Positions 27,425 through 40,049 are shown, numbered from the stretch's first letter. The stretch is DNA of 64,000 nt from Octopus vulgaris (GCA_951406725.2 OX597815.1:177816001-177880000); one strand, 5' to 3'. Notes: generated by a model from the sequence alone, not told the origin. Numbers and translations: made by a program.

Positions 27425-27778
27425 TAAATTAGAGACAAAACCACTGTTATGCAAATCAAACAAAGGAAGACTTAAGCCAATACATAAAATAATTTATATA
27501 AATTAAAATTTAACATATGAATAACCACTACGATCGTTTCGTGTCAGCACACCTTAGACATTCTTCAGGTGGTTTCTTAGCGAGTTTTAATCTAGATTAA
27601 AACTCGCTAAGAAGGTTTTGAAACCACCTGAATGTCTAAGATGTGCTGACACGAAACGATCGTAGTGGTTATTCATATGTTAAATTTTAATTTATATAAA
27701 TTATTTTATGTATTGGCTTAAGTCTTTCTTTCTTTGATTTGCATAATAGTGGTTTTGTATCTAATTTAATATAATATA
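27415..27778. mobile_element. Fold-back element centred on a perfect 40-bp palindrome (27574-27613), in (TA)n
   Basis: The arms are reverse complements; centre ttcttagcgagttttaatct|agattaaaactcgctaagaa. Confidence 0.92.
27523..27574 (-). ncRNA. Type I hammerhead motif, intact; mirror copy 27622-27670 has a 3-nt core deletion
   Basis: Reverse complement: aaccac-CTGAAGA-atgtc...gacac-GAAA-cgatcg-TA-gtggtt. Confidence 0.88.
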
Positions 27779-27852
27779 ATATTTTACTATAAAATTGGAT
27801 TCAATCTTAAATCTGATTTTTCCTTGTAAATTTGGATTTATTCCCTAATATT

Positions 27853-27900
<48 letters not shown>

Positions 27901-27903
<3 letters not shown>

Positions 27904-28406
27904 GAAAATAGTAATGCAATACGAGAGTATTGCTTTCCAGTAAAGAATAGCCCGTGAGGGTAAAATTATACATAAAAGTAAATAAATGGTACAACGAAGT
28001 ACCGATATTTACTGGAAATAGCGAACGTAATAAATACGACGCTAATGTATAGCTTTACTGCGTATGTACTAGTAAAGATGCGTGTGTGCAACAAACATGA
28101 AAAAAATTGTCTTACATCTAGGAAGAACATCTGAAAAATGAAAAACCTAGATAACGGATAATGCAGTACCGGTTTCGGATTTTTCAAAATACGAATGCCA
28201 ATCGTATAATTGATTTATCCTCATCAGCTGCATAAACCTCAACAATATTTCAAATGTTGCCACATCAATACCAGTACACTCGTCTGAACGCCAAGACGTT
28301 AAAAGAGCGAGAACAGTGAAGAAGTTTGAGAACAATGAAAATAGTAATGCAATACGAGAGTATTGCTTTCCAGTAAAGAATAGCCCGTGAGGGTAAAATT
28401 ATACAT
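27901..28406 (-). mobile_element. Retrozyme-like monomer: 433-bp period with 73-bp terminal direct repeat, in (TA)n
   Basis: 27901-27973 is identical to 28334-28406, with an internal hammerhead. Confidence 0.8.
28161..28233 (-). ncRNA. Type I hammerhead motif, intact
   Basis: Reverse complement: atgcag-CTGATGA-ggat...atcc-GAAA-ccgg-TA-ctgcat. Confidence 0.9.
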
Positions 28407-28644
28407 ATATATATATACCGTTGTGTCTTTTAGTGGCTTATAATTTAACATTCTCACCGGTAAAATTTCCAATTATTTTTATTTTCCTAAAATTTTCGCT
28501 GGGTCTTGCAGTCTGTTATTTACACTGCGTTCTTTTTTGTTTGTTGAGCGGATGTGTGTGGGTCAGTGTGTGTGTGTGTGTCCCTATGCATGCATGTCTG
28601 AGTATGTATATATGGGTGTGTGTGTATGCATATGTATATATGTA

Positions 28645-29909
28645 CGAGGGGCGTTCAATAAGTAATGCCGCTAACCCACTTGCAGTTGTTTGATCTAGCT
28701 GAATTTTGCATGTGCACTTATTTATACCTCTATAGGTTAAGTGGCGAATTACAGCTCTGAACTAATTGTGGTTTCTGATTTACAGGTGTTTGAACTGAGT
28801 CAAGTGTGAACTGAGTCAAGAGCCTGTTGAGTGTCGAGCAGTGATCTGGTTTTTGTATTTGAAAGGACGCACACCACGGGAGACTTTTGATGAAATGAAA
28901 GTAACTTATGGTGATGATGCCCCATCATATGACCTTGTAAAACGCTGGCATTGTGAATTCAAACATAGTCGGAACTCTGTGGAAACAGCTCCCAGATCTG
29001 GTCGCCCCCTTCTGCCGTTGATGAGACGTCTGTCCGTCAAGTTGAGGCTGCCATTTTGGAAGGTCAACGCATAACTATTCGCCAAATAGCCCATAAGGTC
29101 AAGATTAGTACCGGGTCTGTGTAAACTATCATTCATGACCATTTGCATATGCAAAAGGTGTCTGCCAGATGGATTTCCAGGTTGCTCACACCTTTCCAGA
29201 AGCAAGAACGCGTTGAGTGCTCGAGGATGAATTTGGAGATGTGCCAAGAAGATGAGCCAACATTTTTCAAAAGACTGATCACACAGGATAAAACCTGGGT
29301 CCATCACTATGATCCATAGACCAAAACCCAGTCAATGCAGTGAAAGCACCGTGACTCACCTCCTCCAAAGAAGGCAAGGGTGCAGCCCTCCGCTGACAAG
29401 GTTATGCTCACAGTCTTCTGGGACCAGGACGGAGTAGTGATGACAAATTTCCTGGAAAAGGGTACCACAATTACAGGAGCCTATTATGCTTCACTTTTGA
29501 GGAAATTAAGAGAAGCTATCAAAATCAAGAGGCGGGACAAGATCAGCAAAGGCATCCTCCTCCTGCAGGAACGCTCCGGTCCACAACTCGCGTGTCGCCA
29601 GATCAGAAGCACGGGCGTGCAGCTATGAACTCCTCCCCCTTGCACCCTCTGATTTTCACCTCTTCCCAGCCATGAAGTTGATTTTGAAAGGAAAGCGTTT
29701 CCCAGATGATGCAGCCTTGATTTCTGAAGTCACGTCGTGGTTGGAGGACCAAGCTGGGGTCTTCTACAAAAACGGTCTCCAGAGCTGTATCAAACGATGC
29801 ATAACTCTGGGTAGTTCCTATGTAGGAAAAGACTAATAACTGTGCCAAGTGTCGTTGCTCTACTGCTATGGGAAGTGGGTCAGGGGCATTACTTATTGAA
29901 CACCCCTAG
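28645..29909 (+). mobile_element. Full-length mariner (DD34D-type) transposon with TA TSD
   Basis: TIRs cgaggggcgttcaataagtaatgcc / ggcattacttattgaacacccctag, each flanked by TA; ~1.27 kb. Confidence 0.93.
28820..29836 (+). pseudogene. Mariner transposase pseudogene
   Basis: HTH region (VKRWHCEFK..APRSGRP), ITQDKTWVHHYD, KVMLTVFWD, APSDFHLF; frameshifts and stops. Confidence 0.9.
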
Positions 29910-30887
29910 TATGTATGTGTGTGCATATGTATGTATGTATTCTGCATATTCATGTGCTTGCATGTCCGTATGTGTGTATTTTCTATGAATGTGTGTGTGA
30001 GTGTGAATTTTTATATGTATGCACCTCTGTCCCTTGTGTGTGCATGTCTGTGTGTGTTTTGCAACTGTGTACCATGTTTGTATGTATGGATATGCATTTC
30101 TTTTGCCGCCCTCGGATTTCACAATAAGCAAATATTACCTACAACAGACCCGAAAGTTCCACCCTTTAAAAATACTGCCCGGGTGGACCGCCCACCCCTC
30201 GCTATGATAATGGTCGTTTGCCAAAAGGTGCGGTATATTGCGAGAAGTGGAGATGAAGACAGCGTGGTACAAAGATAATTAACACCAGTACAGTATTTAT
30301 ACCGCAAGAGGCAGAGCAAACGCTGTGGAAGACGAGGCATTGTTTTTTTTTCGTAACGAGAAGCTCTGGGATGCGTCATGTGATATAACGTTACAGACTG
30401 AGATTTCTTTCTGAGACATGCCACTTCGAGAAACGCGCAATTATACAATTCCTCTTTCCTCAGAATTTTCTTTTTAACAATTCAGTTTCTTGTCCTTCAT
30501 AAAGGGTGTCACTTGAAGCATTTCATTCTTTGATGCATGAAGATTCAATGCACAATTCATTATTTGTTCCCTCTGATTTAGATTTCGACGATCTTCCCCT
30601 TCTTTGAGTCCATGTAATGTTTATTCTGTTAGCTTGTGTCCTCTGGGCCTCGTAAGTTATGCATGTTATTTGTGTGAGTTTAAATGTCTGTATGTCTGTA
30701 TGTCTGTCTGTCTGTCTGTCTGCCTGTCTATCTATCTATCTATCTATCAGTTTATCTGTCTGCCTGTCTGTTTTGTCTGCTTGCCTCTCTGTCTGTCTGT
30801 CTATCTATTTATCTATACATACATACATACATACGTACATACATACATACATGCATGCATACATACATACATACATACATACATACA

Positions 30888-30920
<33 letters not shown>

Positions 30921-31523
30921 GCATGTATGTGCGCATATACATGAATAATATAACAAAGATGTATGATTCGAAGCTTTAATAGTAGACCACAGCATTTGTT
31001 TCGTATATCATTATACAATATTATCCTCTATAATTACTATATATTTGAATATTTCCAGCAAGAGCCGTGTGTGAGCACTTAATCGAATGAAATATGCATT
31101 TATATATGATAATTCTTTTACTGGGCTGAAATCTCATTTGTAGATCCATGGCAAACGAACCTCTACCGAATAATCTGCCCATGCAAACTTGTCAATGCCA
31201 TGGAAGCCATAAGGTCTACAAATCTAACAGAAGGCTCATTTTACTATCTATAAGTGTCAGAACTTAACTGCAGCTCTTGGTTGTCCAAAGCAGAGATGCA
31301 ATTTATGTGGGTGTCTGATTTCGAAAACTACATCAGACACCATGCTAGATCTAAGGGGTAATTACAAGAGGCCGTCAAACTCTGCATAAAGAGTAGACAA
31401 CCACACACACAAACACACACACACACACACACATTTATTTATTTATTTAGTTATAAATGTATATATACTTACTTATTTCCGCATATGAATGTACATGTAT
31501 GTTTACATATGTATATACATACA

Positions 31524-32714
31524 TAAAAATTTTGGATCTTTTCTATTCTGAAGCCAGTTTTTTCAAATTTTTCCTACTGAACCAAACAATTTGAAACTTC
31601 GTATACTGGTAGAATGTGTCAAAAGTAAACTTAATTGTAAACCAGAATGAAAACGGAATTGTAACTTCTAAGTTTAACGTTGTTTAATAATTAGAATTTT
31701 AACCAATGATATTCCGTCATTCGGCTTTATTTTATTTACTCCGTCTCGACCACCAATTTCGTGACGTATTAAACATCTTAAATGTAAACAAGCGTGTGTG
31801 AAGAGACAGAGAGAGTAATGTGTGAAAGAGAGAGATAACTGAAATTTTTTACTCGGTGTATGTGTATATGTATGTCTGCATGTATGTGTGTGTGTATGTA
31901 TGTGTAAGTATGTGTGTGTGTGTATGTATGTGTGTGTGTGATGTATGTATGGCCGATTCATCGTAATTACGATGAATCGGCCATACATACATAGATACAT
32001 ACACACACACACATACATGCAGACATACATATACACATACACCGAGTAAAAAATTTCAGTTATCTCTCTCTTTCACACATTACTCTCTCTGTCTCTTCAC
32101 ACACACTAACAGAAGCACTTCACTTACACAACATACTGTCTCCCACACCCCATCAAACACACACACACACACACATGTACATCAATGCTTCCCCTAGACG
32201 GTAACTTCAAAGACAAACTTCCCTCGTCATAAAATCGCTTCCTCTTAGTCTCTTTCGCTCTCATTACTTATGTAAAAAAATAAAAGTTTTTTACGGAAAT
32301 CGACGGAAAACTTGTGCTACGACAAGCGAAACTTCGCCGAAATTTAATATTAAAAAAGCAAAGAGCTGGCAGAAACGTTAGCACGCCGGGCGAAATGCGT
32401 AGCCGTATTTCGTCTGCCGTTACGTTCTGTGTTTGTTTACAGTTTTCCGAACGTTAGTACGTCACAAAAGCGCTTTCTACGTCACACTAATAGAATGCAG
32501 TCAAGTTTTACACATGAAAACAAACAATCTGATTGGTTAAAATTCGCAGTTTTAATCTACGATTAAAGTCATAAAATAGATTTTTCTCAAATAAACTAGT
32601 TCCAACCTGTGTCTTGTTTTGCTAGACTCTATCAGCATACGAAGTTTCAGATTATTTAGTTAAGTAGAAAGATCTGTGGTCCTGGCTTCAGAATTGAAAA
32701 GATCCAAAATTTTA
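31524..32714. mobile_element. Non-autonomous DNA transposon/MITE-like element with long imperfect TIRs
   Basis: aaaattttggatcttttc.attctgaagccag at the left end versus ctggcttcagaattgaaaagatccaaaatttt at the right. Further matched blocks: aaacttcgtat, ttttaaccaat. Confidence 0.7.
31795..32104. repeat. Internal spacer-less palindrome centred at 31966/31967
   Basis: gtatggccgattcatcgtaa|ttacgatgaatcggccatac, plus matching outer arms. Confidence 0.9.
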
Positions 32715-33176
32715 AATACTCTTAGACTCATATTTATTCCGAAGACGACTAGGCATGCTGGGATGCAAAATATGCCGTTCGGATGTGGATCATGTCATAG
32801 GAGAAAGACTTTTAGATATAAGAACCGATCAGCAAACAATTTGTTCTCTATAACTATAAAGAAAACCAGGGTCTGTGTCTAGGTTCAAAGGTCAAGATAC
32901 TTTCGGCAGGTCAGAGACTCCGGGTTCCCAAAATATCACGCTTCAGTGAGTCAAGTGAGTCGAACACTTTGTCTCGCAAAAGGAAGAAGTTATTCTCCTC
33001 TTACAAAAAAATAAGGCGATTAGCATATGTTGCATGTGATCCTGTCTAGACATTTAACAATAAAAATCCGAATAATCGATCCGTATTTTGTACACGGTGG
33101 CAAATAACGATTTCACATACACACACACACACCACCCACGCACACACACGCACACGCGCACACATACACATATATG

Positions 33177-33245
<69 letters not shown>

Positions 33246-34044
33246 ATAGGTAGATAGATATATATGTATGTATATACACATGTATTTATTTCAGTACCTA
33301 TTTATATTTTATGCAAATGTAGAAATATATGTACGCGCGCGCACGTGTGTGTGTGTGTGTGTATGTGAGTGTGTGTGTGCGTATGTGTGTGTTTGGGTCT
33401 AATTTTATGAGAACACTAGAAAAGTATGCGTGCGCATTAATAACGGCAACATAAGTATGAGAAATAATACGCCGCATGTTTGCCCATAAATATGTTTCTA
33501 TAGATTCATATTTTCTCATTAAATGTGACAACCTGGCGATCTGTTTACGGCGTTGTGAATAAATCGGCATTTAATGTATACCCATCAGTGATACAATAAT
33601 AAAACGACAGCGAATATTAAAAATACACAAAAAATATATAAATATTTGAATGATTCATATTTGATCTGAGACAAGGGAAAGGTAGCAAGAAAAAACAAAA
33701 TTAAAAGCATCATGAATAACTTTTAACCAGCATTTATATATTTTTATGTTAGATTAGACCTGGAACATGTTACTTGTTTGAAATGGATTGATTAGAAAAT
33801 TGCACTAATTTATCTTGGGGACCGAATTGAAGTTAAAGTAAAAGGAGATAAAGATACGCCTACGTTATTATTTTATCAAGAACCTCGTTGTATTCAAGGG
33901 AAAACAGTTGTCAGTTATACAAGCTAAAGAAGCGCTGATCAATAATAGTGCCTACAACGGTAACCACGGGGCCATACAGAGTTCAACGTAATGAATACAG
34001 ATAGAATGAACCAACCGCTCATGCGTTTATTTTCCGCTAACGCT

Positions 34045-34240
34045 TGTTTCAGTCGTCAGACTGCGGCCATGCTAGTCGAATGAATTTAGTCGAATGAATT
34101 GACTCCAGTACTTGTAATTCTTAAGCTTCCTACTTATTCAATCGATCCTTTTTTTGCCGAAAGGCTAAGTTACGGGGAAGTAAACACATAGATACTAGCT
34201 GTCAAGCGATAGAGCGGATTAAACACAGACACAAACACAC
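34045..34240 (-). mobile_element. SINE family A 3' half
   Basis: 'gtttcagtc..gactgcggccatgct', 'gctaagttacgggga.gtaaacac'. Confidence 0.7.
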
Positions 34241-34359
34241 ACACACACACATATATATATATAAGGGAAAGTTTACGAAGATAAACAAAAGACGAAGGCA
34301 GGTGGAGTACAAACAACCAAATGTATTAGTATAGCGCTCAGGAATAGAAATAGAAACAG

Positions 34360-34397
34360 TCTTTTACGTTTCGAGCCTACGTTCTTCGACAGAAAGA
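34360..34397 (-). ncRNA. Hammerhead-like motif with non-canonical core
   Basis: Reverse complement: tcttt-CTGTCGAA-gaac(gtag)gctc-GAAA-cg-TA-aaaga. Confidence 0.45.
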
Positions 34398-34736
34398 TAC
34401 ACAGAAAAAACAAGGAGAGAAAAAAATAGGAGCTAAGGATCTATCATGGTGTCCTGACTTCATATAGAGATGGTATTATTAAAATACCGTCACGAGTGAC
34501 AAGCGAATTATCAGCCGTACAGGCAAATTAATAAAATATATACAAACAATATTAGATATGTACGTGTATAAACAAGGGCATTACATGAGCACCTACATTG
34601 CTAAAAATAGAAGTCAAAAATACATCTATGCCACCGAATAGTCCCAAATCTACTACAGACATGATGGGTAAAAAATTTCAGTGAACAATAATAACGTCTT
34701 AGAATAATAACGTCAGAACAAGTAATTCAGGTCAGC

Positions 34737-34792
34737 TTGGTACCGGTTTCGAAATTTAACGCCAAATAGGCGCCTGATTTGTTATCAGCCAA
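34737..34792 (-). ncRNA. Type I hammerhead motif with G8A core change
   Basis: Reverse complement: ttgg-CTGATAA-caaat..gcgcc..ggcgt..atttc-GAAA-ccgg-TA-ccaa. Lies between 24-bp direct repeats at 34470 and 34904. Confidence 0.65.
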
Positions 34793-34928
34793 TAGTCTGC
34801 CAGCTTTTACAACTAAAATTATCCTCGACCATGCCTGCAATAGTTGGTCAAGCGCTATGGAAACAAACGAAATGAGTTAAATTATTTATAAATAATTATA
34901 GGTATGGGATTATTAAAATACCATCACA

Positions 34929-35225
34929 TATTATGGCTGCCCCCTCGTTATCGAGTATGGCCATTGCACGAAGCTTAACTATTACTGGTGCTGTGATCGA
35001 ATGTGACTTTTTAGCCCAGCTAAAGATCTACAATATCTTGTACAAAATTGGCAACTAAAACCTTTACTGGTAATAGCCGGCAGTAGGTGTAACTGGGCTT
35101 CATGTACCTTTGCATGTCGTTTAAGTCCTCCTGCCGAATTACACTCTCTTCCACATGCCCGACAGATATGATTAGTTCGGTGTGTTACACCACCACCAGT
35201 GGCCAGGTTGTCACTCATCTGTTTT
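34929..35225 (-). mobile_element. LINE (RTE-like) 3' end encoding two C2H2 zinc fingers
   Basis: CRACGRECNSAGGLKRHAKVH and CQFCTRYCRSLAGLKSHIRSQH*. A near-identical shorter copy lies at 47491-47617. Confidence 0.7.
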
Positions 35226-35629
35226 CAGCGGATAAATATGTATACATAAATATGTGTATATAATGTGTATATAAATATGAGTATATAATGTTGTATTAAT
35301 CATGGAAACTAAGTAATTTTAGAGATCTTAAGAGACTACTATAAAAAAATTACTTCATCATTCTCCCAAAATAAAAATATAGGTCTAATTTATATATTTA
35401 TATGTATGTATGTATGTATGTATTTATATATGTATATATACACACATACATATAGATATATATATACACATATATACATACATATATATTACGGAGATGT
35501 ACTTGCATAACAAGTGATTTGAGCTGAGATCGTGTGCTTAAACGAAAACAATTGCAGCGTGGAAGGTGTTTGTAAGCCATTTAAGAAACACACAAAAGCC
35601 GTTCGATAAACTTCAACATTTAAGTTTAA

Positions 35630-35680
35630 TTTGTCAAAATATTTTCGTCGCTTTAAGACCGCGACTTGTTCACTGACAAA
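35630..35680 (-). ncRNA. Hammerhead-topology motif with atypical core
   Basis: Reverse complement: tttgtca-GTGAACAA-gtcgc(ggtcttaaa)gcgac-GAAA-atat-TT-tgacaaa. Element spans 35490-35695 in (TA)n; partial copy at 36296-36383. Confidence 0.45.
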
Positions 35681-35802
35681 AATCCGTGCTGCATCATATA
35701 TATATACATATATATATATATATAATCCATAATAACGCGAAGGATAAAACACAAGAAAAATAGGCAAAGTATTAACAGACGCCCGGGGAAGAACAGAAAA
35801 CT

Positions 35803-35839
35803 TGTTTCACGTTTCGAGTAAAGTTCTTCTTCAGAAACA
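35803..35839 (-). ncRNA. Minimal hammerhead motif, degenerate
   Basis: Reverse complement: tgttt-CTGAAGA-agaactttactc-GAAA-cg-TG-aaaca; H17 is G. Confidence 0.55.
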
Positions 35840-36120
35840 GGAGACAGAAGAAAGTCCAAGAGGAAAGGAAGACGGTGGACAAAATAAATCGTTGTTTTTT
35901 TTTCTTGCTGTGTGTTTTTATTCGTTTTCTTGGTGTGTGGGGGAATTAACAATTTACGGCACGCTAACACGGACCCCATATATCCGACTTGCTTTGGAGT
36001 ACATAATTCGTGGAATGCTTTCTATCATCGGATTACATTACCTTATTCATTCGGATTACGCCATCATTTCTGCACCTTGATTGTGGATTAATATATACAT
36101 ACACACACACACATATATAA

Positions 36121-36186
<66 letters not shown>

Positions 36187-36380
36187 GTATATATATACTT
36201 TGATACTTTGATACTTTGATAGGTTTCGGCCATTATTGGCCCAGGCCATGTCTAACTTAATAGCACCACCTGGTGAAGTCTTTCATATATATATACAATT
36301 GCAGCGTGGAAGGTGTTTATAAGCCATTTAAGAAACACACAAAAGCCGTTCGATTCACTTCAACATTTAAGTTTAATTTG

Positions 36381-36449
<69 letters not shown>

Positions 36450-37169
36450 CATATATATATATAGTATATGCGCATGTATTTATATTGCATACTGTTTCAC
36501 GAACCGGCCTAAATGATGCATAATTGCTTTGCATGTGTAAAGGGTGGGGTGTTCAAAACGCAGTTGTTTTAATTTATTTGGGCGGGCGTTTGTTTAGTAT
36601 CCTTCAGAAACCCAGAACTGAAATGACTTACACGAGATAACAGAAGATTGAATGCAATATACGGTAGCATACCAGTACCTGATTTCCGTTATACAGAAAG
36701 CACAACGCGATATAGGATGTGGACTATTTTGAATGGGGATAGTTGATGCTGCCACCTACAGTTGCTTCCGGAGCAAGAGAGGGAGACAGAGAGAGACAGA
36801 GAGAGACAAAGAGAAAGTAGAGGGTGAAGATCCCTTTAAGGGGAGAGAACTGCTTCAGAGTTTATATTTTCTTTGATAATTATTACAAGATGTAAGATGT
36901 GTAATACTAAAAATATATTAAACCTTAATTGCAGTCTGTAATTAATAGAACCAGTTAAATGAACATACATAGAGAGAACAAATATTTTAGTCGTATGCAT
37001 GTGTATTCTTGTCCGTCTGAGCTTCAATTTATGACCTTATTCGGAATTGAATGGTTTGATTTCAAAAGTGAATTTATAGAAAGAGCCCGAGAACAACTCG
37101 ATTCGTTTTGGGTATTCTTTGCCGACCATGCCTACTCAAACAGCATAACTAGATATAAAATCGTTGGTT

Positions 37170-37365
37170 TCAAATTTTGACACAAGGTAAGCATTTTCGG
37201 GCAGATGTTAAGTCGACCCAAGTGTATATCTGCTACCTTTTTGTTGATCCCGAAAAGTCTAAGATAAAGTCAACCTCGACAGAAGTTGAACGCAGAACGT
37301 AAAGACAGATGAAATAGAGCAGAGCATTTTGTCAGACGTATTAACGACTCCGCCCGCCGGCCACC
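37170..37365 (-). mobile_element. SINE family B, degenerate
   Basis: 'aaagtcaacctcgac.gaa.ttgaac.cagaacgtaaagacaga.gaaat'. Confidence 0.65.
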
Positions 37366-39954
37366 TCGACCAAATAATTATCAAACGTACACACATTTGT
37401 TTTGCGATGGTCGGCAGAACTGGCGAGTTGATTTCATAAATAAATTATTCTTTGTTACTCTCCTCTTCATAAATTTTCAATTCAGATGCTTTTGATCTAA
37501 TCAAAGGCGAAATTTTAACTAAGTACCACAATATCTTTAGCAGGTGCTGCAATAAATTTTGCCCGAGGTTTTAGCAATTCAGTTTATCCGCTTCCCTGAT
37601 ATATTATTGACTCCGAAAGAAGAGAGGCAATGTTGACCGCGTTTGGCTTTGAACTAAGAGGGCAGTGAGTTTCAAACACACTGCAAGGTATTATGTTTTA
37701 GGCTGTAGCGACACAGAGAAGTTGCTTTAAGAAATGCGACGACTGTGATATTTTGTTACGACTCTGGCCATACCCTGTATATATCTTACTTGACAATATC
37801 AACAATTGAATATAAAGGTAGACAACTAATAAATATTTGGCTAGAATGAGTTGGGAAAATGTTTTGTAATTCACCGCTAGTGATTTCAAATGAATTTGCT
37901 TTAATTTTCCTATCAACTAGAAGCAAATTCAATTCTTAATAATAGTAATAATAATAATAGTAATAATAATAATAATGTATAAAAGGTATGTTGTGTTTAG
38001 TTTTGTTCATTGTGGCTGTTGAGAATGATCTTATTTATTCCCATTCCACAAGAATGTTAAATTCGCTTTGTCATACATAAGAAGTTTTTGAGGTAAATAT
38101 TTCTCGTTCTAAATATTTAGCATTTTTCGTGTTTTTGTAAAAAAAATCATATATTATAGAACTAGATATCGTGAAAGTTGGGGCGGCGCTGAAAATACGC
38201 TGTTGGCCAGAAAAATCAGAGGGCTGAATTTGCGATATTTAAGTTGAAATCGCTTTTTAAATGTATATCACAATACCTGCTTTAAAAAGAGAGCTGCACA
38301 ACGATAGATTATCGATTTCAGCAGTGAATACGAAGCCCATTGTAGGAGAGAATATTTGATATATCATCAAATGATGTTACATATTTTTAACAAGATATCA
38401 TTCCATTTTATTGATAAAACGGTATTAGTAAATTAGAAAGAGATAAATGTTAGGTGAACGTTTATGGCACCCCGATGCTAGAGCAGGTTAAGTGACTAGA
38501 TTAGATTTCACTTGAGCTATTTTAGTGGAAGATACACCAAATCACAACATTGCGGACCGTCTTAGGAAAACAATCATTAATTCTCTGAGATGTGCAACAT
38601 GAGAATAAATAACAACTTAATGAGCTACAAAAACATCTCAAGTTTACCTGAATTAGGAAAAGAAAGAAGAAAAAAGAAACGCACGCAACTCATAATATTT
38701 AAAGTAAAAAGGAAATTGTTGCTTTTGTGGTGATAATTGATTAGTTCTTATTCTTACACTGTGGCCCCAAATCCTTTGTTGTGGTGACGGAATATGGTGG
38801 CCCATTGACAGAGTTGATTTCACATAAAATGCAAACGATATTAATCTCGTGACAATGGAAACATGTGAATCATAAATAAGAGAATTATTTTCATGAATAT
38901 AGAATATTATTCATAAAATAATATTTTTACAGCTAATCGACTAATTTTTAACAATCATAAAGAATTATTTAATGTCATTCCAACCTACCAGTCCTTTTCC
39001 AATGAGCTATGCTAGTAATTGAATTTAAAATTTCAATTAACAATTTCACATGATTATTTCGATTTAGAAATTTAAAATTTCTCTGGCAATTATATTTTAA
39101 TTGGATCTCAACATGACCACCCTTCAATTCTTGCACCATGCAGTATAAATTCTACGTATTCTTGAAAACTGAACCCCATTGTTTTCGTTAATATTTATTA
39201 CATGTTTTATTATAAATTATGCAAGTATGATAATGTAGTTTTTGCTTAAAGATCCATTATCGATTTTCAGTTTGATGCACTAAGCATCGGGGTCCTTCTG
39301 TACGTTTCTAATCCTTAGTCATTATGGTATTCGACAGAGGAAAAATTAATAATCCCAATGGTTTAAATTACGAGAAAATTTCCAAACTCAAGAAGATAGT
39401 ATTTCGCAGTCTTCAGACTGTTTCTTAATTTCAAGGACACATTACTAGTTTCACTATAGTATATTAGTATATATAGTATATATAGTCTAGTATTTTGTAT
39501 TACCGGTCATAAGACCATAAGACCAAAATAGACTATATACTCTTGATTTTAAAAGCTTTTGATGTGAACACTCGTCAGTTTGAATGAATCAAAGGCTTAT
39601 TTAATAAATATAGCTAAATATCAAACTGTGTCTCTGGATTTTCGCAGGTGGAAATCGTAAAAACCTCAATCATTAGTGAGTTTCCAGCTTATAAGTGGTA
39701 ACTAATTTTACACTGTTGCTAGAAACTAAGAAATTATCAAGAATGATGAGTGATTTGTATATAAAATAATTCCACATTGGTGCATCACATTTACGATATT
39801 CACAAAAGTATATTGCACTCGGTGGTCATGTTATGTATGCATGATAAGAACGTTTACAAATATCTCCATCAAATCTGAAATTATAATCGATTTCAATTGG
39901 TTTTCCTTGATCAAGACTGAGCAATTGATGGAGTAGGCATAATAAAAGGTCTGA

Positions 39955-39997
39955 TATACGACCGGTTCGAGCTCCTTCTACAACGCCATCAGGTCTT
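39955..39997 (-). ncRNA. Possible decayed hammerhead motif
   Basis: Reverse complement: aagac-CTGATGG-...-GAA-ccgg-TC-gtata; two core changes. Confidence 0.3.
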
Positions 39998-40049
39998 AAG
40001 AAATAGTAAGGGATGAAGATGCCCAGCATTCACTGAAATAGGGCTGGAT

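Noticed and set aside
39826-40029. 67-aa minus-strand ORF as a host exon
   Set aside because: In-frame stop immediately after the candidate acceptor, no recognisable domain, and it overlaps a possible decayed HHR.
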